Positions 45,742 to 56,143 are shown, counted from the stretch's first letter. The stretch is DNA of 64,000 nucleotides from a virus (IMGVR_UViG_2595698524_000001:64001-128000), one strand, 5' to 3'. Translations and numbers: made by a program. The notes: generated by a model not told the origin, from the sequence alone.

Positions 45742-47805
45742 ATGAAAGGTCCGAACGGAATTATGTCTCCCGTTGAGATGGTAAGCGTTTTTGATAAGTC
45801 AGTGCGTGGGCAGGAGGAGGCGAAACGTCAATTGTCTATTGCGCTCTTTAACCGTCATCGACGTGCAAAGCTGTCTGCAGAAGACCGCAAGTACGTCAAG
45901 AAACAGAACATCCTCATCGAAGGGCCAACTGGTTCTGGTAAGACGGCGTTAATGCGTGTACTGCGCGAAGACTTCGGTCTGCCGGTGTTGGAAGTTGACA
46001 TTACGGAATATAGCGAAGCAGGTTATCACGGTAAGTCAGTTGACGACATGATTAAAGAGTTGCAGGGTATCGATTTCCGTGTGCCGAAGTGGTTTAACGA
46101 GAAGCCGCCGGTTAAGAAAGCTGAACCTGTTAAGCTTGAAAGCAACAATGACAGCTTCGACCCAACGTTCGTTCGCGATAAAAAGACGGCGCGTGAAATC
46201 TTCATTGCGATGCGTATTATGCTCATCGGCATGGTGGGTGCACGGGTTTATCCGATGCATGTTTTCAGTGACCCTAACGCAGGCTCTATGCTACATCGTA
46301 CCGTGGAAGAAAACGCCGAAGAAAATCCAGATGAACTGATTCGTTTCTTCCGTCGCGGTGTTGATTTGGTCATGTCCAAAGATATCCCGTTGACCGGTAA
46401 GTTCATGGAGCTGGCTAACCACACCGCCGAGTCACTGATGACCATGGACGAAATCGGCAACCCTGAAGCGGAAATCACCGACGAGTTCTTTGCCAAGTTC
46501 CTACTGCCGCAGCAAACACTGGTTGGGATGGTCAGTTCATTAGTGAACCTTGACGTAGCAGACTACAACGCGATTTGGGATATCAAAGTCCCTTATCAGG
46601 AAATCAACGAGTGGCCGAGCAGTGATTTAGCTGGCGACAAGTCAGGTTTCTATCGTGAGCGTTTGAAAGCAGCCATGGTTGCGTATTTCTTCCGTGCGCT
46701 CATCGCGGGTCTGATTAAGACCGGTGTCAGCAAAGTAGAAGACCACGCTAGCAAGACAATGGCCATGCAGCGTTATAACGGCAAAGACATGGCGAAAGAA
46801 GTCGCGTCGATGTTCGGGTTGGGCTTTGATGCTGCAGCGCAGTCTCAGGAGAAACTGAAAGAGCAGGTTCGCGCAGGTATGCCTTGTATGGCGCAGGAAC
46901 GTGTTATTCAACTGGGCCGTAGTTTCCGGGCGTGGACTAACCAATTGTCCAAACTCAAGATGGTTGGTGAGTCGAAGGTTATCTTCCCGGCGAAGATGAC
47001 TGCCGCGTGGGAAGAGTTGAAAGAAATGTCTTTCGATGATTTCTGGAAGCTGGCCACTGCAGAGATTGCCCAACGCAGCGCTAAACAGATTCGTGAAGAC
47101 GTTCAACACGCGTCATTAATCTTTGCACCGAATGCGGACACGCCTGATTTTGGTGGGATGACATTCCGTCCAATGGGTCGTCCAATGGGTGGTTTGGGCA
47201 TTCCGGGACTGGGCCACATCTTTGGCATGGGTGGTGGGGCATCAGTGTCAGGCGATAGCAAAGAGTTCCTTGAGAACTTTGCTGTGGTCTTCATTGATGA
47301 AATCGATAAACTGATTCAGGAACCGGGCCGTTCGGGAGATGTTTCTCGAATGGGTGTGCAACGTGGGCTGTTAAAACTGGTAGAAGGGGGTGTGTACGCA
47401 GGTATTGATACATCCAACATTCTGTTTGTTGGTGCAGGCGCGTTTTCCGGGACTTCCCCCGCCAAGCTGTTGCCTGAACTCGTTGGTCGCTTCCCAATTC
47501 GCGCACGTCTTAAAGCATTGACGAACGAAGACTATGTGGCCATCTGTAAACTGGAGCGTTCTCCGTTCAACATGTATTGTAAGATGCTGGGAACGGATGA
47601 GGTGAAGGTCAAATACGACGAAGATACATTCGAATACATTGCTCAGTTAACCGAGCTTGAGAACCAAGAGTTCAATCTTGGCGCTCGTCGTATTGAAGGT
47701 ATTATCGAACGTGTTTTTGCGCCGGCTATGTTCGAGCCGGAGAAATATTTAGAACACGGATTTGATATTCGTGGTGAAACACTCCGTAAAACCTTAAGAG
47801 GCTAA
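45742..47805 (+). CDS. hslU: HslU-like AAA+ unfoldase with enlarged I-domain
   Basis: V.GQEEAKR.LSIAL.NR.RR, GPTGSGKT, EAGYHG, FIDEIDK, PELVGRFPIR and NLGARR. Confidence 0.88.
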   Translation: MKGPNGIMSPVEMVSVFDKSVRGQEEAKRQLSIALFNRHRRAKLSAEDRKYVKKQNILIEGPTGSGKTALMRVLREDFGLPVLEVDITEYSEAGYHGKSVDDMIKELQGIDFRVPKWFNEKPPVKKAEPVKLESNNDSFDPTFVRDKKTAREIFIAMRIMLIGMVGARVYPMHVFSDPNAGSMLHRTVEENAEENPDELIRFFRRGVDLVMSKDIPLTGKFMELANHTAESLMTMDEIGNPEAEITDEFFAKFLLPQQTLVGMVSSLVNLDVADYNAIWDIKVPYQEINEWPSSDLAGDKSGFYRERLKAAMVAYFFRALIAGLIKTGVSKVEDHASKTMAMQRYNGKDMAKEVASMFGLGFDAAAQSQEKLKEQVRAGMPCMAQERVIQLGRSFRAWTNQLSKLKMVGESKVIFPAKMTAAWEELKEMSFDDFWKLATAEIAQRSAKQIREDVQHASLIFAPNADTPDFGGMTFRPMGRPMGGLGIPGLGHIFGMGGGASVSGDSKEFLENFAVVFIDEIDKLIQEPGRSGDVSRMGVQRGLLKLVEGGVYAGIDTSNILFVGAGAFSGTSPAKLLPELVGRFPIRARLKALTNEDYVAICKLERSPFNMYCKMLGTDEVKVKYDEDTFEYIAQLTELENQEFNLGARRIEGIIERVFAPAMFEPEKYLEHGFDIRGETLRKTLRG

Positions 47806-47810
47806 GCATC

Positions 47811-48851
47811 ATGCAATTTGCAACTGTCGAAGAACTGCAATCTTTCTTGGCGAGTTCTTCTATAAACGAGCGCATGAACTGGGCCAGAGAAATGCTCATT
47901 AATAACGATGGTTGGCTGACCTTTACGGTTCCCAACCTTATCGATATTGGTGACGACCTTGTAGCGGCGAATTGCCGCTCTTGGGGCGGGAAACAAAAGC
48001 GTGCCGCACGCCTGACTTTCACCCGCCACGATAGCTTTCTCTGGAGTGACATTGTTTATAACCGGGCATTGCGCCAGACGTCGGATTCGTATTTTTCCTC
48101 GATGTACCGCAACGCAGCAGAAACTTTTCGTCACGCCACTGACGCGTCTATTATCGAAATCGTATACATAATTGCGAGAAAGTTAATGGACACCAAAGAA
48201 GAGTACAACATGGTTTACGAGTTTCGTGACTGTGCTGATAAACTCTTCGCCCATTTTGAGTTGCCGCGCAAACCTGACCAGCGCCGTAGCATTCAGGCAA
48301 TTCTTTTACTGGCACGTATGTTTCCCGGCCGTGAGATTAAGGTTGGGGATTTTGAATGGCAGAAACAATTCTCTGAGTTACTCCCGGAGGACAGTGCGCC
48401 GGCGAAGTTGTTGCGTACGCAAATGGAAGACGGTGTCGCGTGGCAGCAGACCGGCAGTTCCCATAGCGAGACTGGCTTAAGTTTCAGCTACACTACGTTG
48501 GGTCTTTCTGCAGGTAACCGCTCTGAAATACGCGTCGTATTTGAAAACTGCAACCGTAGTCATCCTGATACCTTTTCGAATTTGCTCGACGCGGGTACCA
48601 ATATCCAACGTGAGCTATTAGGGGGTATCACGGACATCCTGAAACGTGAGTGCGTCTATTACGGTGTGGACGTGCAGAACGTGCAGCGGGACATCCGTCT
48701 GTACCTCCGTGAGAAGGGGTACAAACTCGATGTGGGGGGAACAACGACGATGTCAATGCCGTTAGCAGGGTCAGTGTTCCCACAGGCCGTACAGGTGTTC
48801 AAGGTAGACCTTACCCATGAAAGCCTACACGATAAGCCTGTCGAAGCATAG
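47811..48851 (+). CDS. hypothetical protein
   Basis: 346-aa ORF with GAGG SD. Confidence 0.75.
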   Translation: MQFATVEELQSFLASSSINERMNWAREMLINNDGWLTFTVPNLIDIGDDLVAANCRSWGGKQKRAARLTFTRHDSFLWSDIVYNRALRQTSDSYFSSMYRNAAETFRHATDASIIEIVYIIARKLMDTKEEYNMVYEFRDCADKLFAHFELPRKPDQRRSIQAILLLARMFPGREIKVGDFEWQKQFSELLPEDSAPAKLLRTQMEDGVAWQQTGSSHSETGLSFSYTTLGLSAGNRSEIRVVFENCNRSHPDTFSNLLDAGTNIQRELLGGITDILKRECVYYGVDVQNVQRDIRLYLREKGYKLDVGGTTTMSMPLAGSVFPQAVQVFKVDLTHESLHDKPVEA

Positions 48852-49203
48852 AGTCGCGAAGGGGAAAGGAATCCCCTTAGTTGACATCACCGTAAAGTCT
48901 GGCATAAAGGAATTTGCACCCGATTGGGATTTCTTGATGGAGTACAAGAAGTCAAATCAGGATGCAGAAGCCCAAGCGATTTATACTGAGAAATATTACG
49001 CCAAACTTAATAGAGTATGGCGGGAGAAACCCCAGTTATTTTTATCTCTGTTTGAACAATACCCGGACGAAGTAGCATATGCCTGTTACTGTCCAGAACA
49101 TGCCTGTTTTTGCCACCGCTTCCTTTTCGTTAAAGGGCTAGCGAAAATGGCAAGTAAACTAAACCTCCCGTTCGAAGACGGAGGTGAACTCACAGCAAAT
49201 TAA
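48817..49203 (+). CDS. DUF488-like protein
   Basis: DITVK..FAPDW, Y...Y...L and C-terminal ACYC...FCHR. Confidence 0.65.
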   Translation: MKAYTISLSKHRVAKGKGIPLVDITVKSGIKEFAPDWDFLMEYKKSNQDAEAQAIYTEKYYAKLNRVWREKPQLFLSLFEQYPDEVAYACYCPEHACFCHRFLFVKGLAKMASKLNLPFEDGGELTAN

Positions 49204-49220
49204 ACCGTGGAGCATTAGCG

Positions 49221-49739
49221 ATGGAACTGAACTTTTACACACCGCGCGAAAAAGCGTATCTGAACGGCCAGATTCAGGCGGGGAAAGCCAACATTAATAT
49301 CGAACCCCTGAAAGAAATCGTGGCCCGTAAATTCCCGAACGATAACTGGGACCGTATATATTTTGTAGCAAAGGCCGTAGGCAATGCCTTGGCTAGTCTG
49401 GCGGCGATGAATACCTGCCACCGCGATAAATGGGAATGGTATGTACCAAAGACCCCATCGAGCATTTACATCGATGGATTTCAGCATCCCATCTACACCG
49501 TGGCGCACAACAAAGCGGCAAGTGATTTGCTGAAAGTCATTTGGGACCGTCCGCGCCGTGAACTCGTCGCAGCAGTTGAAGTATTAAAAGAAGCCGGATA
49601 CGAGGGACTAACGGGAGTATGGATTGACGAAGAGGACGACAAAGGCGAATACCTCACGTTAATCTGGCACGGTAAACGTGTACCCTCCACTCGTAACATG
49701 ATCTACTTGTACAAAGGCAGTCAGGGACGTCCTAACTAA
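49221..49739 (+). CDS. hypothetical protein
   Basis: GGAG SD. Confidence 0.75.
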   Translation: MELNFYTPREKAYLNGQIQAGKANINIEPLKEIVARKFPNDNWDRIYFVAKAVGNALASLAAMNTCHRDKWEWYVPKTPSSIYIDGFQHPIYTVAHNKAASDLLKVIWDRPRRELVAAVEVLKEAGYEGLTGVWIDEEDDKGEYLTLIWHGKRVPSTRNMIYLYKGSQGRPN

Positions 49740-49770
49740 ACGTGACGGTCCCTGTCTGACAGGTGACCGT

Positions 49771-49980
49771 ATGTTTTCACGTTTGTTTTGGTGTATCGTC
49801 CAGCGAGTGAATAAGCGTAATGCTGAACTCATGAAGCGAAACAATGACCTGACCGCTATGCTGAATAGCGAGAAGCTCGCACACGTCCAGACAAAGGATG
49901 AAGTATTGGGACTCAAAGAGATTATTGCCCGGCACGAAGTGGGTATGGCGGACTTAGTAAGGAAGCTTGACAATGTGTGA
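49771..49980 (+). CDS. hypothetical coiled-coil protein
   Basis: 69-aa ORF. Confidence 0.55.
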   Translation: MFSRLFWCIVQRVNKRNAELMKRNNDLTAMLNSEKLAHVQTKDEVLGLKEIIARHEVGMADLVRKLDNV

Positions 49981-50317
49981 TTTGTGCAAGTTTTTAGACG
50001 ACGGGGTACTGGACCAACTCCATACCTCGTTAGTAGTGGTTCAGATGCTGCCTCAAAAGGGTTGGCGTCAGCGCAAAATGTCAGTCCGCATTATGTCGCT
50101 TCTAACGCGCTACAACGCGCTGAAAGATTTAATGGTAGAAAGACTCGAAGCGGACTATCAAACGTCCTTAGAACGCTATAGGGAAGACCCTAATCAGCGT
50201 AACGAGCTCTTCTTTAGAGAACTGCAACACGCCCGCTCGCAATGGCTGATTAAGCTCGGTGAAATCAAAAAGATGATTGCGAACGCGGAGCCGTGGCTGA
50301 CCGTAATGGAGGCGTGA
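49973..50317 (+). CDS. hypothetical protein
   Basis: AAGGA SD; coupled to neighbours. Confidence 0.65.
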   Translation: MCDLCKFLDDGVLDQLHTSLVVVQMLPQKGWRQRKMSVRIMSLLTRYNALKDLMVERLEADYQTSLERYREDPNQRNELFFRELQHARSQWLIKLGEIKKMIANAEPWLTVMEA

Positions 50318-50601
50318 TGGTAGACGGTCGTTTGTTGTTAAACGATATCATGCTTGGTAAGAAAATTGAGGATACGCACGAGAATGCTGACGCATTACTC
50401 CAGATGTTTATCCCACTCACCTCCGAGCATTATGAAATCCTCCCGATTGGCGTCGAGTATATTTTCCGTTCTCGCGACAAAAAATATGAAGCCGCCCGCT
50501 ACCCGCGGACGTTGGGTGGTCTGATTTTACTCCAGGCTCAGTTCGAAGGTGCGTTGGCGAGAATCCTCGTCTACTACGCAACTGGCGGGCAGGGGTTTTA
50601 A
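50317..50601 (+). CDS. hypothetical protein
   Basis: GGAGG SD; TGATG coupling. Confidence 0.7.
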   Translation: MVDGRLLLNDIMLGKKIEDTHENADALLQMFIPLTSEHYEILPIGVEYIFRSRDKKYEAARYPRTLGGLILLQAQFEGALARILVYYATGGQGF

Positions 50602-50605
50602 TCGT

Positions 50606-50640
50606 GGGAGCCTTCGGGCTCCTTACCCTTTTATTTTTTT
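50606..50640 (+). terminator. intrinsic terminator, cUUCGg hairpin
   Basis: GGGAGCC-TTCG-GGCTCCT, spacer, then TTTTATTTTTTT. Confidence 0.75.
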
Positions 50641-50711
50641 GTCTTCTCGACTTAACCCTATTCGTATGTATCCACGAGTTACTTTTTAACTTTGTCATAA
50701 GGCGCTTCAAG

Positions 50712-51512
50712 ATGAGGTCAGGCACATTAGAGAATTTAATCTCGCTAATTAATCTCGCTAACTCAGCTGAAACACCCATCGCACTTGAAGATGTCGACGT
50801 TTCAGCACCGTACGAGGTTAACAAAGACGGCTGTAATACCGAGGTAGAAGTTACCGTTAAGCCGTCCTATTTCCCTCTGCGTGGGAAGCAGACGTTTCGT
50901 TATAATCGTCTCCCCATTGGTACAGTGGTAAAAGGTGATTTGGAGCTGTACATGGACCCTGAGATGCGGAACAGTTACGACATGATTCCGTTCTTAAACC
51001 AACAGCTCGGTATTGAACTGACTGAAAGCGACGTCATTAACGACCCGGTGGTGGGCGAGCAGCATACCTTCCGTGCTGCGTCCACATCTTACCAATGGAA
51101 CGACATGGCGTTGGTGTTGTTAAAGCAAGCGACACCGTTGGATGAGGTTATCCTCGCGACGGAGCTTGACGGCTTGAAATATCCTGACACGCAAGAACCA
51201 AAAGGGCAGGCATCAATTTATTCCTACGGGGTGGATTGCTCGCACATCGCATCGTTCCTTTGGGTAATGGCAGCAGGTATTGATTTTGACGACACGGCGT
51301 TGGCGGTGGAGTTCAACAAAGTTGTCCCTGAAGTATGGGTTTCAGTTCCCGAGCCGGCTCCTTGGAACCTGCGTGACTCGAAGTGTGTCTACGAAGGGTT
51401 AACCTCCAGACTGCCCGGTGCCAATACTGACTTCCAACGCGTAGTGTCCATTGAGTTAGGTGCGCTTTGCACGAACTTTGCAGGCACTCTTAACCTACAT
51501 TACAACCCGTGA
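50712..51512 (+). CDS. tail/baseplate paralog family protein 1
   Basis: NT.V.V, G...F.YNRL, LDGLKYP, KGQASIYSYG.D and C-terminal LHYN. Confidence 0.85.
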   Translation: MRSGTLENLISLINLANSAETPIALEDVDVSAPYEVNKDGCNTEVEVTVKPSYFPLRGKQTFRYNRLPIGTVVKGDLELYMDPEMRNSYDMIPFLNQQLGIELTESDVINDPVVGEQHTFRAASTSYQWNDMALVLLKQATPLDEVILATELDGLKYPDTQEPKGQASIYSYGVDCSHIASFLWVMAAGIDFDDTALAVEFNKVVPEVWVSVPEPAPWNLRDSKCVYEGLTSRLPGANTDFQRVVSIELGALCTNFAGTLNLHYNP

Positions 51513-51521
51513 GGTTAGAAG

Positions 51522-52364
51522 ATGGCTAAGTACACTAAAACCTCCGACGCAATGTTGCTCGACGCGATTAATATCGAGAACAACCTGCAAAATGACCCGC
51601 TGACGTGGAATCAGATTGCAGCGGGTTTCCCAGAGAAGGTTACCACCCCAGGCGCTGACCGTAACACCCGTCTCTTGATTTACGGGTTAAAACAAGGTGG
51701 CTATAAAGGTACGGTAACTTTGCAATACGACCGTATTTCGCTGCCGGAAATCTTCCGCAATGTTACCCCTGTGGTGGTAACCGAGCCTGTCAATTTACTC
51801 AGCCAATTGTTACCTCAACTCAATAAAGCCTACGGGCTGTCCATTACTGCCGACGATATTATCGAGCAGTCTGTTGCTGGGTTGGGTGACGATTTCCTGA
51901 TTAATGTGCAGCTCCGCGCCGGGTGTTTAGCATGGGAAGGGGATTTCGAATTACGCTTTACCAAATTCCGTCCGAAATTAAAAGATATCATCGCAGACGC
52001 TGTGCTGGATGTTATCGTTGCACCGTTCCCGATGGGGGCGAAGCCTCGTGCTGAGTATGTGGCCTACGGGTACGATTACTCCACGATGGGAGAAACGTTT
52101 AAAACGTGGGCTATTAATCGGACATTGACGCAAAACGATATTGATGAACTGAACGAAACCGTGCAGGGGTTAAAGCTGGTCAACAAGACTGGTGCCAACG
52201 CCGCTGCCGGGGAGATAGCGTTGTCGGGGGCGAAAGTCACTACGATTACCAACGTTACTGAAGGCAGTTTGTTTAACGTCGCGTACGAGAAGGCAATCGT
52301 AATTACGCTGGCCACAACCAGTAACTACGAGGGTCAGCTTATCATCCACTACTCATCGCTTTAA
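51522..52364 (+). CDS. tail/baseplate paralog family protein 2
   Basis: RNTRL, GYKG..YDRI, LNKAYGL, AYGYDY and IHY. Confidence 0.85.
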   Translation: MAKYTKTSDAMLLDAINIENNLQNDPLTWNQIAAGFPEKVTTPGADRNTRLLIYGLKQGGYKGTVTLQYDRISLPEIFRNVTPVVVTEPVNLLSQLLPQLNKAYGLSITADDIIEQSVAGLGDDFLINVQLRAGCLAWEGDFELRFTKFRPKLKDIIADAVLDVIVAPFPMGAKPRAEYVAYGYDYSTMGETFKTWAINRTLTQNDIDELNETVQGLKLVNKTGANAAAGEIALSGAKVTTITNVTEGSLFNVAYEKAIVITLATTSNYEGQLIIHYSSL

Positions 52365-52372
52365 GGATTGCT

Positions 52373-53218
52373 ATGCCTATCTTAAAACGACCCGAGCAGT
52401 TAATAGTCGATCGGATTAACCTTGAGAATAAGACCGACTTAAAGCTTACCGACGTAACTTTATTTACGCCGCGTACGCCAACCACTGCTGACGAGATACA
52501 GACCGCGCAAGGTCGTAACACGGTCGTCCGTATCGCTGCGACACCGCTGGCTAATGCGACCGGGGCGACGTTTGTGTACTATAACCGCCTTGACTTCACC
52601 GCAATGTTCACTGATGCCGATGGTATTCAACCGTTGGTGGTTCCAGTAAACTTTGACACGGTGTTTACGGCGTGGGATGTTGTGTCGTTCATTAACCAGT
52701 ATTACGGGCTGATGCTCGAGACGAAAGATGTGTTGGAAGAGACCATCAATCGTGCTGAATGGACGGTGCAGCTGAAGGCCCATCCTGAGTCCCTTGGCTG
52801 GATTGGCGAAGTGCCTGTTAAACTGGTGCGTGGCGATGCGTTAATTCCAACGAACTTCACCAATGTGCAAATCGCGCCATATGCCTACCCGCACTTCAAC
52901 ACGAAGGTCGGACAGGGTGCCATTTATTCGTACCCGTGGCGTTTTGATGAGTTCGCGGCGGAGCTGCGAGATATGGGCATTACAACCAACGAAGTACGCT
53001 TGGCGCAAATGCTCAAGAAAGTCACTGCGGACAGCTGGATGGTGTACCGTAGTCCGGTTGATTTCAATCTGAAAGAAGCACGGGTCGTGTATAACGGCAA
53101 AAACAGCCGTGACCTACCGACCAACCCCTCAGTTGACAACGTGATGATTATCGAGTTGTCGCTGTACTGTCTCAACTTTGGCGGGCGCTTGTACCTGCAT
53201 TACAATGACCCTGAATAA
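52373..53218 (+). CDS. tail/baseplate paralog family protein 3
   Basis: RNTVV, YNRLD, INQYYGL, PESLGWIG and LYLHYNDP. Confidence 0.85.
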   Translation: MPILKRPEQLIVDRINLENKTDLKLTDVTLFTPRTPTTADEIQTAQGRNTVVRIAATPLANATGATFVYYNRLDFTAMFTDADGIQPLVVPVNFDTVFTAWDVVSFINQYYGLMLETKDVLEETINRAEWTVQLKAHPESLGWIGEVPVKLVRGDALIPTNFTNVQIAPYAYPHFNTKVGQGAIYSYPWRFDEFAAELRDMGITTNEVRLAQMLKKVTADSWMVYRSPVDFNLKEARVVYNGKNSRDLPTNPSVDNVMIIELSLYCLNFGGRLYLHYNDPE

Positions 53219-53231
53219 GGAATATCGTTAA

Positions 53232-54152
53232 ATGAAACCGTTAAACAAAACTGCCGACTTGCTGGTACTGGACCTCATCAATGAGGCCAACGTTGATGCG
53301 AACCTCGACCTGTCCAAAGTCGTTCTGCTTCCTCCTGTTGATAACGACGAAGAAGACGCGATTCGTAACTCCAAGCTGACCGTTAAAGCCCGTAAAAACT
53401 CCGGCTTTATCAAAACACAAGACGTGACCTACGACCGTCTGGTGGGTGAGGCTCTGTTCCGTAATGTGGCGGCGTATCTGGATGTGAAACTGCCAACTAA
53501 GTCAGAAGACCTGTTGGCGACGCTGAACAAACAATACGGCCTGAAGATTCAGCCGGAGGACATTGTCTCTGCGCCGATTGCTCCGGATACCAACCCACCG
53601 CTGGAAGACCCGGAAGCTGATGCACCGCCTGCCGTACAGCACACCATCACCTTCAAAGACGATTGCTATGCGTTTAAAGGTGCTATCAATGTGCTTATCG
53701 GTGAGCGTCCTCAGGTAGGTGAGCGCCTGTCTCTGGTCATCACCAAAACTAAACTGGATGGTATCGCATACCCGGATGGTCACAGCGCCAGCAAAGGTCA
53801 GGCGTACATCTACTCGTACGGTACCGACTGCACTGCGATTCAGGGCTTCCTGAGCAAACTCGCAGTGGGTACGGCGTTGGACGACACCGCCACAGCTACC
53901 GAGCTGAACAAAGTCTTCCCGGAAGAGTGGGTGGCGGTAGAAGGTACTGCCGACTACAACCTGAAAGGGGCAACTGTAGTCTACGCGGGTTCTACTACTG
54001 AAACTGTTACAGACCCGAAAGATTCCGGGTCTACCATTCAGCAGGATGTGCCGGGTGCCGATATGAGCTACAACTCTATCGTCAAGCTGAAACTCGACGA
54101 TTCCAACTGCGCCAACTTCCAGGGCGAATTGTTCCTGCACTTTAACGCGTAA
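53232..54152 (+). CDS. tail/baseplate paralog family protein 4, probably abundant
   Basis: Family motifs; optimised codons; followed by hairpin at 54160-54181. Confidence 0.85.
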   Translation: MKPLNKTADLLVLDLINEANVDANLDLSKVVLLPPVDNDEEDAIRNSKLTVKARKNSGFIKTQDVTYDRLVGEALFRNVAAYLDVKLPTKSEDLLATLNKQYGLKIQPEDIVSAPIAPDTNPPLEDPEADAPPAVQHTITFKDDCYAFKGAINVLIGERPQVGERLSLVITKTKLDGIAYPDGHSASKGQAYIYSYGTDCTAIQGFLSKLAVGTALDDTATATELNKVFPEEWVAVEGTADYNLKGATVVYAGSTTETVTDPKDSGSTIQQDVPGADMSYNSIVKLKLDDSNCANFQGELFLHFNA

Positions 54153-54215
54153 CAACACCCCGGGGGAGATCACTCCCCCGGTTCATCTGCTATTTTTGAT
54201 TAGAAGGATGGTATT

Positions 54216-55235
54216 ATGCCAAGTCCATATGCCAAGCCCTCGCAGCAGTTATTTTGGGATTTGGTAAACCGTTCGAATCCTCAGCTTAAGATTCCTTTGT
54301 CAGACGACAACTGCGTTATTTACGGCTACCCTGTGAGTGTTACCCCGAGTGCTGCGACGGGTATGCGTAACACCCGCATTCGTTTGTATGCCAAAGTCGG
54401 CAAAGGGTATAAAGGGGAAATATTCCTTTACTACAACCGCCTGAGCATCACCTCGTTCTTTACGGGCATAGGCACAGTCGTGACCAATTACGCGGCCTAC
54501 AACTATCTCCTGGTTCTGGCGGCTTTCAATAATACTTACGGATTATCCCTCACCAGCACTGACCGAACTTATAACACAAGCCGGAACCCGCCGCCGTGGA
54601 CACTGGGGATGACCATCCCAGACATTATGCGATATGACGGGAGTTACTCATTAGGTAGCTCGGGTGCTGATAACACCATGCTCTTTACCACCTGTCCAGA
54701 ATCACTATGCTGGATTGGCGGTCAAAATATAAACATTAGCCGTATCCGCGGCAACCCTGACTTCGGAACCTTGATTACCAAGCCTGAGATTGCGCAGATG
54801 CGTAAAGTCCCAGTAATGCCGGAAGGTACGTATGACACCGCCCTGCTGACGTGGGGGTACGACTTCACGGATAATTTACCGACGATCTCAAACTTTTTGG
54901 GCAACCCATCGAGCCGCACGTATCAAGTCAACCTCGCCGCAATGCTGGCACAAGTGACGGGTCTACCGTTCGCATGGGGCAGCGGCAACGCCGCCGGCGC
55001 GTTAGACCTGCAAGGGTTTACGTATAACAATTACCAGCAGGCGATTGGGTCGAGGGCGCATTACAATTCCGACGATTTCAACCGGTGTCTGGTAATATAT
55101 CGTGATTATTCCGCAGCGTCCCCACCGCTAGGTTCGGGCTGGTCTACCGAAGGGTGGCAGGGGATGAGTCCTGACCAAGACGATGTGAATGTCACGTTAT
55201 TCCGCCACGCTGTTTTCATGCACTACAACGTCTAA
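54216..55235 (+). CDS. tail/baseplate paralog family protein 5
   Basis: RNTRIRL, GYKG..YNRL, PESLCWIG and MHYN. Confidence 0.85.
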   Translation: MPSPYAKPSQQLFWDLVNRSNPQLKIPLSDDNCVIYGYPVSVTPSAATGMRNTRIRLYAKVGKGYKGEIFLYYNRLSITSFFTGIGTVVTNYAAYNYLLVLAAFNNTYGLSLTSTDRTYNTSRNPPPWTLGMTIPDIMRYDGSYSLGSSGADNTMLFTTCPESLCWIGGQNINISRIRGNPDFGTLITKPEIAQMRKVPVMPEGTYDTALLTWGYDFTDNLPTISNFLGNPSSRTYQVNLAAMLAQVTGLPFAWGSGNAAGALDLQGFTYNNYQQAIGSRAHYNSDDFNRCLVIYRDYSAASPPLGSGWSTEGWQGMSPDQDDVNVTLFRHAVFMHYNV

Positions 55236-55249
55236 CCGGAGTAAAAAGA

Positions 55250-56143
55250 ATGTCACGTAACCTTTTCTATTACACCGGATTAGAACGTGTGATGCGAGCA
55301 ATCTCCTTGGCGAATGGGCTTAACCCCACCGTAACCGTCGATAACTGCATCATTTCAAAACCTGCGCCGGTGGCAGGGAGCTGGAAAGAAGTGACCACGA
55401 CCAAAAACACCGTGGTGAAAATTTCCCAAACAGTTCCGGCCGTCACGTACAACGGTAAAAACTGGGTTGTGTACGACCGCGTCCCTATTTCTGCGATGCT
55501 TAATCGTTTACCTGACCCGACGGTTCTACGAGTTGACAATCCGAAAACCGTAAAAGATCTACTGCGCGCAATTAACCGACGTTGGGGTATCGGGTTAGAA
55601 GACCGCGATATTATTGACGACCCGATCGTTTTGGACAGCGATGGGAAAGCGACGGTCACGATGATGATTCATCCGGACAGTTATCTCTACACGGGCAGTT
55701 TCACGTTCAGTGTGGTACCGGGCGATGCCATGTTAAGTGAGAACGTTACCACAACGGCACAAGCTGGCTTTACTTATCCTGACGGTAATATCGACTATGT
55801 CGGCGGTCAGAAGGGTTATGCTCAGCCATACAGCTACAGTTTTGACTTCACTTTAAAAGAGACAGAGCTGCGTGCGCTGAAAGTCGGTACCGACCTCACT
55901 GGTCTGGCGGATATCCTGACCTATATCACGAAGACAACATGGACAGACTCGGCATCTGATGCCGATAACGCCTACACGGTTACGGGTGCTGAGATTCTGT
56001 ACAACGGACTGAACAGTACGGACTACCCAACCAGTTCGGCCTTTAAATATCTGGTGATTGTGAAGATGGGTCCAAAGTGTAAGCTGCAAGGGAAGATGTA
56101 CCTGCAGTTCAACGACAAGGATGACCCGAACTCCCCTAACTAA
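55250..56143 (+). CDS. tail/baseplate paralog family protein 6
   Basis: KNTVVK, YDRV, YSYSFDF and YLQFNDKDDP. Confidence 0.85.
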   Translation: MSRNLFYYTGLERVMRAISLANGLNPTVTVDNCIISKPAPVAGSWKEVTTTKNTVVKISQTVPAVTYNGKNWVVYDRVPISAMLNRLPDPTVLRVDNPKTVKDLLRAINRRWGIGLEDRDIIDDPIVLDSDGKATVTMMIHPDSYLYTGSFTFSVVPGDAMLSENVTTTAQAGFTYPDGNIDYVGGQKGYAQPYSYSFDFTLKETELRALKVGTDLTGLADILTYITKTTWTDSASDADNAYTVTGAEILYNGLNSTDYPTSSAFKYLVIVKMGPKCKLQGKMYLQFNDKDDPNSPN

